Source: a virus (lineage: Duplodnaviria > Heunggongvirae > Uroviricota > Caudoviricetes). From it: 64,000 nucleotides of DNA. This document shows, one piece after another, positions 40,838-50,904 of the stretch (position 1 is the stretch's first letter; each line of letters starts with the position of its first letter). A program made the translations under genes and the position numbers. Location: positions 344 to 64,343 of IMG/VR virus record IMGVR_UViG_3300031867_000033. One strand, given 5' to 3'. Under the pieces are notes generated by a model. It saw only the letters and a list, made by a program, of their open reading frames with translations. It searched no databases and was not told the origin of the DNA.

Positions 40838-41724
40838 TTCCATTCTTCATCTGTATATTCTTTTATGTCTCTTTTTCTTCTTGGCAATTTATATCCATCA
40901 CACCATTTACGTACTGCATTATCTGACACCCCATATTGTTTACCAATAGAAACAAAAGAATTAGTCCGTATCATTTCCTTTAATTCCTCTCTTAATGGGC
41001 AGCGAGAACTTGACGATGGAGAGTATTCTGTTTTATAAGAAATTTTATTTATCTAATAAGATAAAAACTCTTCATCTGTTATTTCAGGAATAATTTCATT
41101 TTCTCTTTGCCTTCTCCAGTAATATCCACAAAATTTATGATTGTATGAAAGATCATTATAAAAATTATTTTTATTTTTATCTGTTAAATGGAAAAAAGAT
41201 AAAATCTCTTGAATATTTTTAAAACTTTTTAATGGATATTCCTCTTTTACATAAGCGACATAACTAGAATAATTTCCACCTTGTTCTTTAATTTTTTCTG
41301 GTTCTACATCAAAACGTTTTAAAACTCTAGTAATAGTTGAACCTGAGCAGTTAAAAATTTTTTCTAGCTATTCACATTTATATCCTTCTAACCATTTCTA
41401 ATATATAGCCTAATAATCATACTATGAAGCAGTAAAATTATTACCGCCAGAGCCATAATTATATCCTTTTTCTCTATTAGTAGAATCAAAATATTCAATC
41501 CAATAAACTTCTCTATCATTTAATTCTTCTTTGGAACATTTTTCAATAATTTCAAAAGAAAAATTTTCTACACCATATTTTCTCATTGCTCGATGAATAT
41601 AACATTCATCTTTATGAGTTTTTGTATCTGATATATGCTATCTCCATCTTTTTTCGATGTTAATAGACTATCCAACATAAATTTTCCCATTAATCTAATT
41701 AGTAATTTTATATATACCTATCAT
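40838..41724 (-). CDS. GIY-YIG homing endonuclease #2 (~295 aa, ~8 in-frame TAG) with C-terminal HTH
   Basis: RBS CAGGAGGTTTT-ATG; MIGIYKITN(Q)INGKIYVG(Q)S; C-terminus KQYGVSDNAVRKWC similar to GIY-YIG #3. Confidence 0.6.
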
Positions 41725-41832
41725 AAAACCTCCTGTTTCTCCTGAAAAAAATTTTATTGAAGAGAAGGTCAGGAGAAACCTTATCAAAGTAGACGCGACC
41801 TACTTCTATCTCTTCAATTTTAGCGAAGTGAG

Positions 41833-41923
41833 CGGGATTCGGACCCGCGCCAAAGAATTACCTGTGCTACACGATTAGCAATCGCGCCCCTTATAACCAC
41901 TTGGGTATCACTCCATTTAACAG
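41833..41923 (-). tRNA. tRNA-Ser (anticodon GCU), long variable arm
   Basis: Manual fold: acceptor GGAGTGA/TCACTTC, D-arm with GG, anticodon loop UUGCUAA, 21-nt variable arm, T-arm GCGGG-UCCGAAU-CCCGC. Confidence 0.65.
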
Positions 41924-41929
41924 GCTGTG

Positions 41930-42001
41930 AAAGACTCGAACTCTCATCTCGCAGACTTGGAATCTGGTATTCTACCATTGAACTAACAACCTAAAGCCAT
42001 T
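41930..42001 (-). tRNA. tRNA-Trp (anticodon CCA)
   Basis: Manual fold: acceptor AGGTTGT/ACAGCCT (one G.U), D-arm GTTC-AATGGTA-GAAT, anticodon loop UUCCAAG, T-loop TTCGAGT. Confidence 0.55.
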
Positions 42002-42371
42002 TGGTGCGTGCACTCACCCTTAACCACAGCAGGCTCACTGAGAAATTCCTTTTTCTCGATCTTAAAAGAAATTATAAACGCCGCTACCACACTAGCAGTA
42101 TATCTAGTTGACCATACTAGAACGGACTGAGTTTGTTATCGTAAAACTAGTAAAACGGGGTTATTCTTTAAAGAGGTTACTCGCTGCCCTCTGTTGCAAC
42201 TTATATTAAACTGTCTAGTTGCCAAAGACATTTGTTTATACTCCGAAGAGTCGCCACTTGCGTTTTGAGATTCGACTTACAGCGCAATTTTTTAATAACC
42301 AAAACCACTTAAATATGCTCCATGCAATTTACTTCTAATTTTATTCCCATATAGTTTACATATTTAAGATA

Positions 42372-42444
42372 AGCACCCTATCCGCTACGATCGGATAACT
42401 GTAGATTACAAATCTACTATTTTGCCAAATTAAACTAAGGGTGC
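42372..42444 (-). tRNA. candidate tRNA-Thr (anticodon UGU) with atypical T-loop
   Basis: Acceptor GCACCCT/AGGGTGC, anticodon arm GTAGA-TTTGTAA-TCTAC; T-loop reads ATCGTAG, hence lower confidence. Confidence 0.4.
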
Positions 42445-42564
42445 AAATTAACTACTGTAAAACAATAGTTAATTTTATAAGAAAGAGGTTTAAGGTAAAA
42501 TCTTTATTTATTTCTTATTTTCTATAATAATTATAGCATAAATTTCTTAAAAAATCAAATATTT

Positions 42565-42960
42565 TTATCTCTCTGGAAGCTCAATTGTTGGTTGCTCTGC
42601 TATTGCTCTTGAAGCGAACCAGTTAAACCAAGGGTTAGTATAATAATAATATTGAAGTTCTATCTCGGTATTATACTCACAGATAGCTTTGTAAGCCTCG
42701 ACACTTGGATACCAATGTTCTAGGTCTAACTCGGCTACAATTGCTTCTCTGCGTTGAGTATAAGTGATACGCCGCGCCTCTTCTTTAAAAGGCAATTTCA
42801 TAGCAAGAATTATAGCTATTTCACAAAGTAGACACACTACTGAAAAAGCAGATAAAATTGTCCCAAATATTTCAAAACCTTCAGCTTCAAGGTAAGAACT
42901 TATAAAAGTTATAATAAACCCAATTAAAATAAGTCCAATTGTTATTAGCGTAAGAATCAT
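42565..42960 (-). CDS. membrane protein (two N-terminal TM helices + soluble domain)
   Basis: ORF track. Confidence 0.5.
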   Translation of the reverse strand: MILTLITIGLILIGFIITFISSYLEAEGFEIFGTILSAFSVVCLLCEIAIILAMKLPFKEEARRITYTQRREAIVAELDLEHWYPSVEAYKAICEYNTEIELQYYYYTNPWFNWFASRAIAEQPTIELPER

Positions 42961-43041
42961 TTAAATTTTCCTTTCTAAAACAAATCTTCCAATACGAAGC
43001 ACTACTGTAACAACGATTAAAATTAAACTAATTTTTGCCAT
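42961..43041 (-). CDS. possible 26-aa hydrophobic leader peptide MAKISLILIVVTVVLRIGRFVLERKI
   Basis: RBS GAGGTGA; preceded by GC-rich nested hairpin GGACCCGGGGGCGGTGCCCGGCAAGTCC. Confidence 0.25.
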   Translation of the reverse strand: MAKISLILIVVTVVLRIGRFVLERKI

Positions 43042-43416
43042 AACTCACCTCATGACCGTTTATGGACTTGCCGGGCACCGCCCCCGGGTCCGCAAAAAAC
43101 TATTTCATATTATCTACACGTTTAGTTGCGTCATTTATCTATTCTTTACCCTGCACCGACGCAACAAGTTCAGAGTTATGTCAGCCTAAAATACTTTACC
43201 TACTCGGCAATAGAATAAAGAACTATTTCTAAAAATATAAATCAATAGTAGTTATAATGAAATAGTTAAAACGAAACCACTAATGATACCGCGGCACATC
43301 GTCCGCAAAAATTAAAAAATTAAGCAGCGTTTATTTTGCTTTATGCCGTAAAGTGGACATCTACTACGTGCAATATGCTTTCATTTCCACGTCGATTCTA
43401 AAAAAAAAACAAGCCC

Positions 43417-44287
43417 TTAAAATTTACTTAATAAATAATCTTTATCTAACTTATCAAAATCCCAATAAGGAATTTCAATTAATTTAATATTATTTTTATT
43501 ACAATATTTTCTTTTTTTATCATCATATATTTGCCTTTCTTTAAATTTTTCTTCGCCATTGGAAAAACGCATTGGAGTATAATGCTGTTCACCCTAATAT
43601 TCAATACAAGTATTGTAATCAGGCAAATAAAAATCAAAGGGTAAAGGCTTTGACTTTCCTATTAAATCTTCAAATTTTTTCTACTTATCATATTTTATAT
43701 TTAAATTTTGTAATATTTCTTCTATTTTATTTTCTCCTTTAGAAACTAAACAGCCGCAAGAAGAAGTATGCCCATTACAAACACTTATTTTAGATTTTAT
43801 ACATTTTTTCCCACAATCGCATTGGCATTCAAGGAGAGTTTTATTGTTTTCGTCTTTAAAAATTCTTAATATGGTCAACTATCCAAACTTTTTGCCCACT
43901 ATATTTTTATTAAGAGACTTACCACTAATTAAACAACCACAAGATTTTGTTTTTCCCGCCGTTAAATCTGTTCCTCTAATTGATTTTACTCCTCCACATT
44001 CACATTGGCATATCCAATATGTCTGCCCTGAACTTCCTATCCTAGTTTTATCCATCTCTATTACTTCTAATTTTCCATAGTGATTACCTCTTAAATCTTT
44101 AACCCTACCTCGTAAATGTTTAATTGATATATTATATTTTTCTGAAATTTCTTCAACTATTGATTTCGATGCTCCTTCTTTATATCCTATTTTTCTTAAT
44201 ACTTCTGTATAGGTTAAAGAATTATTAATAATTATTTCAAGGGATTCTTTAGACAAAGATTCATATAATTTCATTTTTATTCCTCCT
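43417..44287 (-). CDS. HTH + Zn-ribbon-repeat + DUF559 endonuclease-like protein, family copy A (~290 aa, >=3 TAG)
   Basis: RBS AACAGGAGGAATAAAA-ATG; WICQCECGG...KSCGCL; C-terminus PFDFYLPDYNTCIEYQGEQHY...IKLIEIPYWDF; track ORFs 43879..44466 + 43681..43878 are same frame joined by TAG. Confidence 0.65.
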
Positions 44288-44452
44288 GTTTTATTTTTCT
44301 GTAATAAAGTAAAAAAAATAGAAATAAAATCTAAGATTTCGACTTCTGTAAAGAAAAATCTATATAAGGAAAGAGGGCAGGGACTAAGTCCCTGCATATA
44401 ATCTGAATTTTGTCTACTCTTTTTAAACGAACGAGTTTGAGATTTCAGAAAC

Positions 44453-44593
44453 TCAATATCTAACAACCCAATATTTAATTATTCTATTGGTAGTATTATC
44501 CCAATCATATCTAGCATTAACAATTCCACCAACCGTTTTAGCAAAAGAAATCGCACGAGACTCGGTATTAAACTCTCTAACAAATCTTGCCAT
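44453..44593 (-). CDS. possible small protein (46 aa; TGA stop)
   Basis: RBS GGAGAAATATT-ATG. Confidence 0.25.
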   Translation of the reverse strand: MARFVREFNTESRAISFAKTVGGIVNARYDWDNTTNRIIKYWVVRY

Positions 44594-44609
44594 AATATTT
44601 CTCCTTTAA

Positions 44610-44981
44610 TTATATAGGTTTACAGTTATATGCTTTTAAAAATTCATTTTCATTATGATACCACTCATTATTCAATTCATCAATAGTTTTATTTTTAATC
44701 TTTGTTTCATCAACAGTATAAATTGTAAAATCCATATTCATTTCAATTATTTCTTTTGCTATTATTTCTTCATCTCGTTCATCACCAAGTTCAGTAATAG
44801 CATACTCAATTTCTGCGTCTATGGTTCTCTGAATATCTTCATAGCTTTCCATTACTCCTTCAGACATTTCCATAGCAATAGCAGTTGCTTCTTTTTCATT
44901 TTTTACTTCACAAACCAGCTTGTCATAAATGCCATGATAACCACCATATTCATTTTCACAAGCATAAATCGCAACAAGCAT
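44610..44981 (-). CDS. hypothetical acidic protein (start at MLVAIYACE)
   Basis: ORF track trimmed to ATG after GAAGGAGAGG. Confidence 0.5.
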   Translation of the reverse strand: MLVAIYACENEYGGYHGIYDKLVCEVKNEKEATAIAMEMSEGVMESYEDIQRTIDAEIEYAITELGDERDEEIIAKEIIEMNMDFTIYTVDETKIKNKTIDELNNEWYHNENEFLKAYNCKPI

Positions 44982-45127
44982 TAGACCTCTCCTTCCCAAT
45001 CTTCAATCTCTGATTTCTTCCAAGCCTCTTCTATTGCCTTATCTGCTTCACTTGCTGAATGGCACAGAGAATAAAATACTAAAACATCAATGAAAATACC
45101 TATAAATATTATAAGGAAAATCTTCAT
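44981..45127 (-). CDS. small membrane protein (48 aa)
   Basis: RBS AAGAAAGAGGTGGAAAGA-ATG; TAATG overlap with next gene. Confidence 0.35.
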   Translation of the reverse strand: MKIFLIIFIGIFIDVLVFYSLCHSASEADKAIEEAWKKSEIEDWEGEV

Positions 45128-45236
45128 TCTTTCCACCTCTTTCTTATTTTCTATAATAATTATATCAAAAATTTTTTAAAAAATCAAATATTTTTTACGC
45201 TCTGTACCGCTGCATCAAACTACGGCATATTATAAG

Positions 45237-45761
45237 TTAAAAAGAATAATAACACTCAACTTTTAAATTTTCAAAATCCCACTCTTCTTCATGACCAATT
45301 ATATACTTATTTATATATTCTTGTTCTTTTTCTGTTAAAGGTAAAGCATCTATTAACTCTTCAAAGCTAATTCTTTTTTCCATGAACATTATAAACATAG
45401 AAATACTATTTATAGCATACATAATTTGCTTTCCATAAACACCTATATCCCAGATAGTATCGTTAGTATACTCATCGGGATAATTCTCAAAGACTTCCTT
45501 ATAAGTCTTAGTAAGTTCTTTTCCTATATCATAAAGTATAGGATGTGCCGGCGAAGCATCATTACGAGAAGTATTTAATCTCCAAAGATAACCATCCCAA
45601 TCAGTAGCAAAATTATAATCATTCTCATACTTATAATAAAGTTCAAGAATATCTCTTGAAATAGAATAACACTTCCTAAAATAAATTATTTCAATAGAAT
45701 AAAAACTATTTTTATTTCTAGCTCTCGGAAGTTTAAAATTTACAGAAAAATCTAATCCCAT
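45237..45761 (-). CDS. hypothetical protein
   Basis: ORF track. Confidence 0.5.
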   Translation of the reverse strand: MGLDFSVNFKLPRARNKNSFYSIEIIYFRKCYSISRDILELYYKYENDYNFATDWDGYLWRLNTSRNDASPAHPILYDIGKELTKTYKEVFENYPDEYTNDTIWDIGVYGKQIMYAINSISMFIMFMEKRISFEELIDALPLTEKEQEYINKYIIGHEEEWDFENLKVECYYSF

Positions 45762-45913
45762 TAACCTTCTACCTCCTCACAGTTAAATATCCGAACGTCA
45801 CATTCTCCATCAGTATCCTCACAGAACTCATCTGCCAAATACATTGCCTCCTCATAAGTATCAGCGCTTCCTATGTAGAATTCATCTTCATAGTAATCAT
45901 ATACTTTATACAT
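45761..45913 (-). CDS. small acidic protein (50 aa), paralog of 6574..6750
   Basis: TAATG overlap with downstream gene; sequence similarity to 6574..6750. Confidence 0.4.
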   Translation of the reverse strand: MYKVYDYYEDEFYIGSADTYEEAMYLADEFCEDTDGECDVRIFNCEEVEG

Positions 45914-46077
45914 CTTTTTTTACCTCATTTCTTATTTTCTATAATAATTATATCAAAAATTTTTTAAAATTACAAATAGTTTTATATTTTAAAAACTATT
46001 AAAATTAACTTCTGCCGCGCTACCAAATGCTGGTAGAATTAGAAAATTATGGAAGCGCGGCGCATTGTAAACTTAAA

Positions 46078-46106
46078 GATAAAATAAAAACTCCTCTTTC
46101 GAGGAG
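46078..46106 (-). terminator. intrinsic terminator GCUCCUC-GAAA-GAGGAGU + U-tract
   Basis: Hairpin ctcctctttcgaggag with A-tract on plus strand. Confidence 0.5.
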
Positions 46107-46199
46107 CTTTAACAAGACCACTGAGTTAACTAATTGCGCGCTTTTTAGCTTAATCCTACTCTTCGGTATTAAACTATTTTATAATCTTCTATATATTAT

Positions 46200-46330
46200 A
46201 TTTGCTTAATTTGCTGTGCTGGTCTTTACGCATATAAAACCCGCATTAACGCAGCGGAACATCATTTTTAAAGTTAGACTTTTAACGGGAAATCACAAAT
46301 CATCTTTAAAGTTAGACTTTTAACGAGAAG
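46200..46330. repeat. tandem ~38-bp direct repeat (x2) ATCATYTTTAAAGTTAGACTTTTAACGRGAARYCACAA
   Basis: Two adjacent near-identical units seen directly. Confidence 0.5.
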
Positions 46331-46383
46331 CCACAAACCATCTTTAATAAAATAAAGATTTATTTCTAGGCTCTTATTTCTAA

Positions 46384-47448
46384 TTAAGAGTTTATTAAAC
46401 TAAGTAAATAGTCTTCATTAAGTTTATTATAATCCCAATAAGGAATTTCTATTAATTTTATGTTATGGGACTCACAATAGTCTCGTTTTAAAGAATCATA
46501 TTCTTGCTAAGTCTTTAATCTTTCTTCTCCACCAAAATGGTCAAAACTTTCATAATGCTATGAACCCTAATATTCAATTAATATATTCTAATCTGGTAGA
46601 TAAAAATCAAACTTAAGCTATTTACCTTTTCCAGTTAAATCTTCAAATGAATACTAATCTAAAAACTCTATCTAAAGAGAATTTAAAATATTTCTAACTT
46701 TTAATTCTCCTCTTGATTTAAGACATCCACAACTCTATACTGTGCCAGCTCTAAGATCAGGACCCGAAACTGATTTTAATTTAGGATTTCCACAATCACA
46801 TTTGCATAACCAATACGCTTTTGGACCTCTTGTATAGTCCCTATCTACTACTGTAAGCATACCAAAACGCTAATTATATAAATCTCCTACTATTGAACAT
46901 CCACAACTCTTTGTATGTCCATTTTTTAATGCATTTCCATCTACTTTTAAAATGGTCTACTAACTACAGTCACACTAACACTTCCAATATACTCTCGATA
47001 AATCACTCTTATCTCTTCCTAAAACTGTTAAATGTCCAAATTTCTATCCCGTTAAATCATTATAATGCTACTCATGTATTAAACAGCCACAACTCTTTGT
47101 ATTTCCTTGCGTTAAATGATGACTGCTACATATCTTTATATTATGTTCTGGACATGAACAAATACATTTCCAATATGTATAAGTAGATTTTTTAAGATTA
47201 CTATTTTGAATTTCTTCAGGTGTAGCTTTAGCAATAACTGTTAATCTTCCAAAAGTCTATCCTATTAGATTATGTTCCTTACTTAAATGAGAAATATCAA
47301 TATTATACTTTTCTGCTATTTTTTTAATAACTCGAGTATACGTCTATGAATATCCCAATCTTTTTAAACACTCTGGTATAGTTTTACTTGTTGTTAAAAT
47401 TTCTTCCAATTCATCCTTAGAAAAATTTTCATATATAGGTTTTTTCAT
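46384..47448 (-). CDS. HTH + Zn-ribbon-repeat + DUF559 endonuclease-like protein, family copy B (~354 aa, ~16 in-frame TAG)
   Basis: RBS AGGAGGACTAAT-ATG; three YWKCxCxCP...KSCGCL repeats; C-terminus LKFDFYLPD(Q)NILIEY(Q)GS(Q)HYE; entirely absent from track. Confidence 0.6.
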
Positions 47449-47577
47449 ATTAGTCCTCCTAGTCCTTTATAATATTAAAAATATGAGAGGGCGGCACAGG
47501 ACTAAATGCCTTCATAGGTTAATTACTCCTATTTATCCTCTCATATATTAAGTATATTTAATTAGTATTTTGTCTAA

Positions 47578-49095
47578 TTATTTCCAACAAAACTGGGGCT
47601 GAGTTAAAATTTCTACCATTGCTTCATAGCCGCTCTTATTAATTAACTTGTTAAGTTGACCAAACGGACCAGCACCATAACCTGATACATAGGCAACATT
47701 ATCACTCTCCGGCGCAAGAACTGTTCCATTACGTGCAGCGACATTCCAGCTTATGAGCTTGGGGGACTTAAGTCCTACCTCTACGTATTTCTTTGCCCAT
47801 TTTGAAGCAATAGAATCAAGTTGACCGCTACGAGCATAACTATCTATTTCTCCATCACTAACTACCACTAAAGCAGAAGGAGTCTCGCCACTTTCCTTTG
47901 CAACATTGAAAATAGCTTTGAAGCAAAGGTCAAGATTTGTATTATACTCAACAGCGCTACTCAATACATAAGAAAAGCACTTTTCAATATCCCAATCTTC
48001 TTCTAATTTAATAAAAGAAGGATTTCCTGCGAAGCTCATGTAGAGATTCTTATATCTTCCTGTGTTTCTCTGTGCAAAATAAGTAGCTAATCCTACACTC
48101 GCTGCGATAGGCTCATAATTAGGACTACTCATGCTTCCTGAGATATCCGAACATACGACTACATCATGTCCGCCTTCAACGTAATTAGGCAAAGAACTCC
48201 ACTGAGCCTTGTCGACTTCATCAAGAATTCCAACGACAGGCTTGGTATTAGAGCTTCCATACCAACCGCTGTTCCAAGCTCTATTTCCGCCATTGATTAT
48301 ATACTTCCTACAAATCTCGCTAGGAGTTATGACAGAAGCATTAACCTTAGCCTCTCCCTTAGAAAGCTTATTCTTATATTCTCCAAAAGCTTCAGGATTA
48401 TGAATACTAAAAGCCTTAGTATAACGACTCATAGCAAGAGAAGGAACTGCCTCATAATCAATCTCATTCCATTCTCCTGCACTCATCTTACGTTCTACAA
48501 CATCAAGATAAGCACGAAGCTTGGAAAGAGCCTTTCTATAAGTTCTAGGAGAAATTCCAGCTATCTTACAAAATTTATTAGCAAGTCTACGAGATTCCTT
48601 TGAAGAAGTATTTATACTACAAAGCCACTTACTAGCTAAAGAAATAGGCTTTTCCTCCTTCATACGAGTTATATCAAGAACAAATCTATTCTTAATAAAA
48701 TCCCACATTGCAGTTTCACAAGGTGTTCCTTCAAGTGAATAAAGATCATCCCATCTTCCAATATCCACAATGGTCTGAAGATTACGCTTAACCTTTTCAG
48801 GCTCTAACTTTGCAAGTTCCTTAAGTAAAAGTCTTCCAATTCGTCTTTCACCAAGGCCACCATTTCTTCCTGCATCTCTAGTATAAAGGATTAAATTCGC
48901 CGCCAGTTCAGAATTCTCATTATAGGCAGCCTTCCACTTGCTTATAATTTCGTTATCAGATTGATGACGCATTCCACCAATTAGAGCGAAAAGATCAAGT
49001 AATGCTCCTTCACCAGTATGCGAAAATACTATTCCACCATTTTCACTTAAAGTCTGATTAGCCATTCTTTCAAAATTCTTTACAAAATTACTCAT
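47578..49095 (-). CDS. possible Ro60-like protein (TROVE + vWA architecture; Rsr-like); TROVE assignment tentative
   Basis: C-terminal vWA/MIDAS VVCSDISGSMSS ... VVSDGEID; N-terminal ~300 aa helical region resembles a TROVE domain by architecture only. Confidence 0.45.
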   Translation of the reverse strand: MSNFVKNFERMANQTLSENGGIVFSHTGEGALLDLFALIGGMRHQSDNEIISKWKAAYNENSELAANLILYTRDAGRNGGLGERRIGRLLLKELAKLEPEKVKRNLQTIVDIGRWDDLYSLEGTPCETAMWDFIKNRFVLDITRMKEEKPISLASKWLCSINTSSKESRRLANKFCKIAGISPRTYRKALSKLRAYLDVVERKMSAGEWNEIDYEAVPSLAMSRYTKAFSIHNPEAFGEYKNKLSKGEAKVNASVITPSEICRKYIINGGNRAWNSGWYGSSNTKPVVGILDEVDKAQWSSLPNYVEGGHDVVVCSDISGSMSSPNYEPIAASVGLATYFAQRNTGRYKNLYMSFAGNPSFIKLEEDWDIEKCFSYVLSSAVEYNTNLDLCFKAIFNVAKESGETPSALVVVSDGEIDSYARSGQLDSIASKWAKKYVEVGLKSPKLISWNVAARNGTVLAPESDNVAYVSGYGAGPFGQLNKLINKSGYEAMVEILTQPQFCWK

Positions 49096-49235
49096 TATAA
49101 ATTCCTCCTTAAATTAAAGGACACGACGAAGGTAATTACAATTTAAAAGATTGCTCCTAAAATATTGCTGATATCGTCGTATTACTTTTTATTTTCTATA
49201 AACATTATACTAAAATTTTAAGAAAAATCAAATAT

Positions 49236-49404
49236 TTATTTTCTTTGTCTAAATTTTTCAACTAATTTCATACCTTCATTAATTCCATATTGAATACCAT
49301 AAGGAATTTTTTCTTTATCTTCTATATTCTTTAAAATTTGTCCCATTGAAAGAAAAATTGCTAAAGCTAAAAGATAGTCACCATACATATTATTTTCATT
49401 CATA
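49236..49404 (-). CDS. small membrane protein (start at MNENNMYG after TATAGGAG)
   Basis: ORF track trimmed; N-terminal part of track ORF is read-through of a GC palindrome. Confidence 0.4.
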
Positions 49405-49529
49405 TTTTTACTCCTATAATGCGCCGCGACATCATAAATCATCAAATCTAACCTTCGCCACGAGTCCAATTTTTTGGACAGTCGGCAGAGGTTAAGAAAA
49501 TAATTAAATCTATGATATGGCGGCGCAAC

Positions 49530-49650
49530 AAAAATAATAACCGCCTTCCGGAGGTGTCGGGCCCCACTACGTTCTTCACGAAGCCAACCGATTTCAAGTC
49601 GGTGCTCAGCGCCGGCTGAGTTCAGAAGGCAAAAAACAAGACCATTATAA
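49530..49650 (-). ncRNA. GC-rich multi-stem structured RNA candidate closed by a 7-bp terminal helix (GCCUUCU/GGAAGGC); not a canonical tRNA
   Basis: Stems CTCAGC/GCTGAG and ACCGA-CUUGAAA-UCGGU seen; lies ~450 bp from the Ro60-like gene. Confidence 0.3.
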
Positions 49651-49771
49651 TTTATTAATGCTCTACCAATTTGAGCTAATTTTCTAAAAGAAGAAAATAA
49701 AAGATTTGAACTTTCAACACTAAATAAATATTTAAAAATTTGCTGAAATGGTCTTTAATTAAATTTTTAAA

Positions 49772-50287
49772 TTACGGCCATTCACCAAGAGGTTTACCAA
49801 GCATTGTAGGATTATCTACATTAGTACTATAAAGAATACCCTCCTGCGGCGTAAAAATTTCTCTTGCTATATCCTCATAAAGGGTACTACGCATACCATA
49901 GTAATCTCCTAAATCATCTGTGTAGTACTGAACAACTTCCTTTCTAAAGACAATATAAGTAAGTGGATTACTAAATACGCCTTCAATGGTATTTATAGCA
50001 TCTACTGCCTGATTACCAGTAAAAGCAACTGAAAAAATACTCCTAGGAATGCTAAGAACCACTCCATTTGCAGGAACTACTGCTATACGAAGTGTTACAT
50101 TTCCGAAAGGAATTTCATCTGGAAGTATCGCATCAAGTGCTCCTGCTTTTTCTCCATTATTTACGAGAAGCTTAACAATTCTCTCATCATTATCATAAAT
50201 AACCTTAACTTCGGGATCTCTCTTAAAGAAAGCCTCGATTTTATTATAATGCTCAACCCAAGGTGTCGTCAAATTTAAACTTGCCAT
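49772..50287 (-). CDS. hypothetical protein (locally higher GC)
   Basis: ORF track. Confidence 0.55.
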   Translation of the reverse strand: MASLNLTTPWVEHYNKIEAFFKRDPEVKVIYDNDERIVKLLVNNGEKAGALDAILPDEIPFGNVTLRIAVVPANGVVLSIPRSIFSVAFTGNQAVDAINTIEGVFSNPLTYIVFRKEVVQYYTDDLGDYYGMRSTLYEDIAREIFTPQEGILYSTNVDNPTMLGKPLGEWP

Positions 50288-50829
50288 TTTATCATTCCTC
50301 CATTTAAAAATTAAAAGGTCTAAAATCTAAGCACCATGTCGGTTACGCTCCGACGTCTGCTGGGTGGAAGCCAACAGTTCTACTATTAAACTAATGGTGC
50401 AAACGATACTTCTTTTAATAGATTAAGACGTTTGGGAAAAGTATCAAGCCCTAATTGTCGCTCTGATTATACTCAAGAGTCAAGAGTTGGAGTCCATTTT
50501 GGTACAAAGACCCCTGCATGATTCGCACATGCGGTCCGGAGGTTGCAGCTCCGAGTCTTAACTACTTGACTAAGGGGTCAAAACAAGACACACTTATAAA
50601 CGGCGTGCTAGCGATTACACCATCTCCCCATAATATGGCGGAGAGAATAGGACTCCAACCTATACTACCGGCTCCAAACGCAAAAGAAAATAGTTGCTGA
50701 TGTGTCTTAAGGGAATTTGTGGTTACGCTCCACAGTCTTGAGTGCCACAAACTCACGAACTAACTATTGTTCTAAATTCCCAAATGGCATTGTTTATACT
50801 CAAATGCCAAGAGTTAAGGTAGATGCAAA

Positions 50830-50904
50830 TGACGCATGAAGAACTCGAATCTTCAACATCTACGTTCTAAGCGTAGCCTCTCTTGCCAGTTGGAGTAATG
50901 CGCC
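50830..50904 (-). tRNA. tRNA with anticodon UAG (Leu by anticodon) but short class-I variable arm
   Basis: Manual fold: acceptor GGCGCAT/ATGCGTC (one G.U), U8A9, anticodon stem CTACG/CGTAG with loop CUUAGAA, 5-nt variable region, T-arm GAAGA-UUCGAGU-UCUUC. Confidence 0.5.

Noticed and set aside
49236-49469. N-terminal extensions of track ORFs reading through GC palindromes (also 2899..3108, 8739..9005, 43879..44466 N-terminus, 26392..26889, 11893..12393)
   Set aside because: In each case a better ATG with a canonical RBS lies downstream. The upstream extension is made of palindromic or leader sequence with atypical composition.
49530-49650. Reading the GC-rich structured segment as a canonical tRNA (anticodon UGA on minus strand or UCA on plus strand)
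   Set aside because: A 7-bp terminal helix and an anticodon-arm-like hairpin exist, but no T-arm of 5 bp + 7 nt can be formed next to the 3' acceptor strand in either orientation. It is kept only as a structured-RNA candidate.
49655-49730. Possible tRNA, because of D-arm-like GCTCAAATTGGTAGAGC and T-loop-like GTTCAAATC
   Set aside because: On a single strand the T-loop-like motif precedes the D-arm-like motif. No acceptor stem can be formed. The flanks are AT-rich without pairing.
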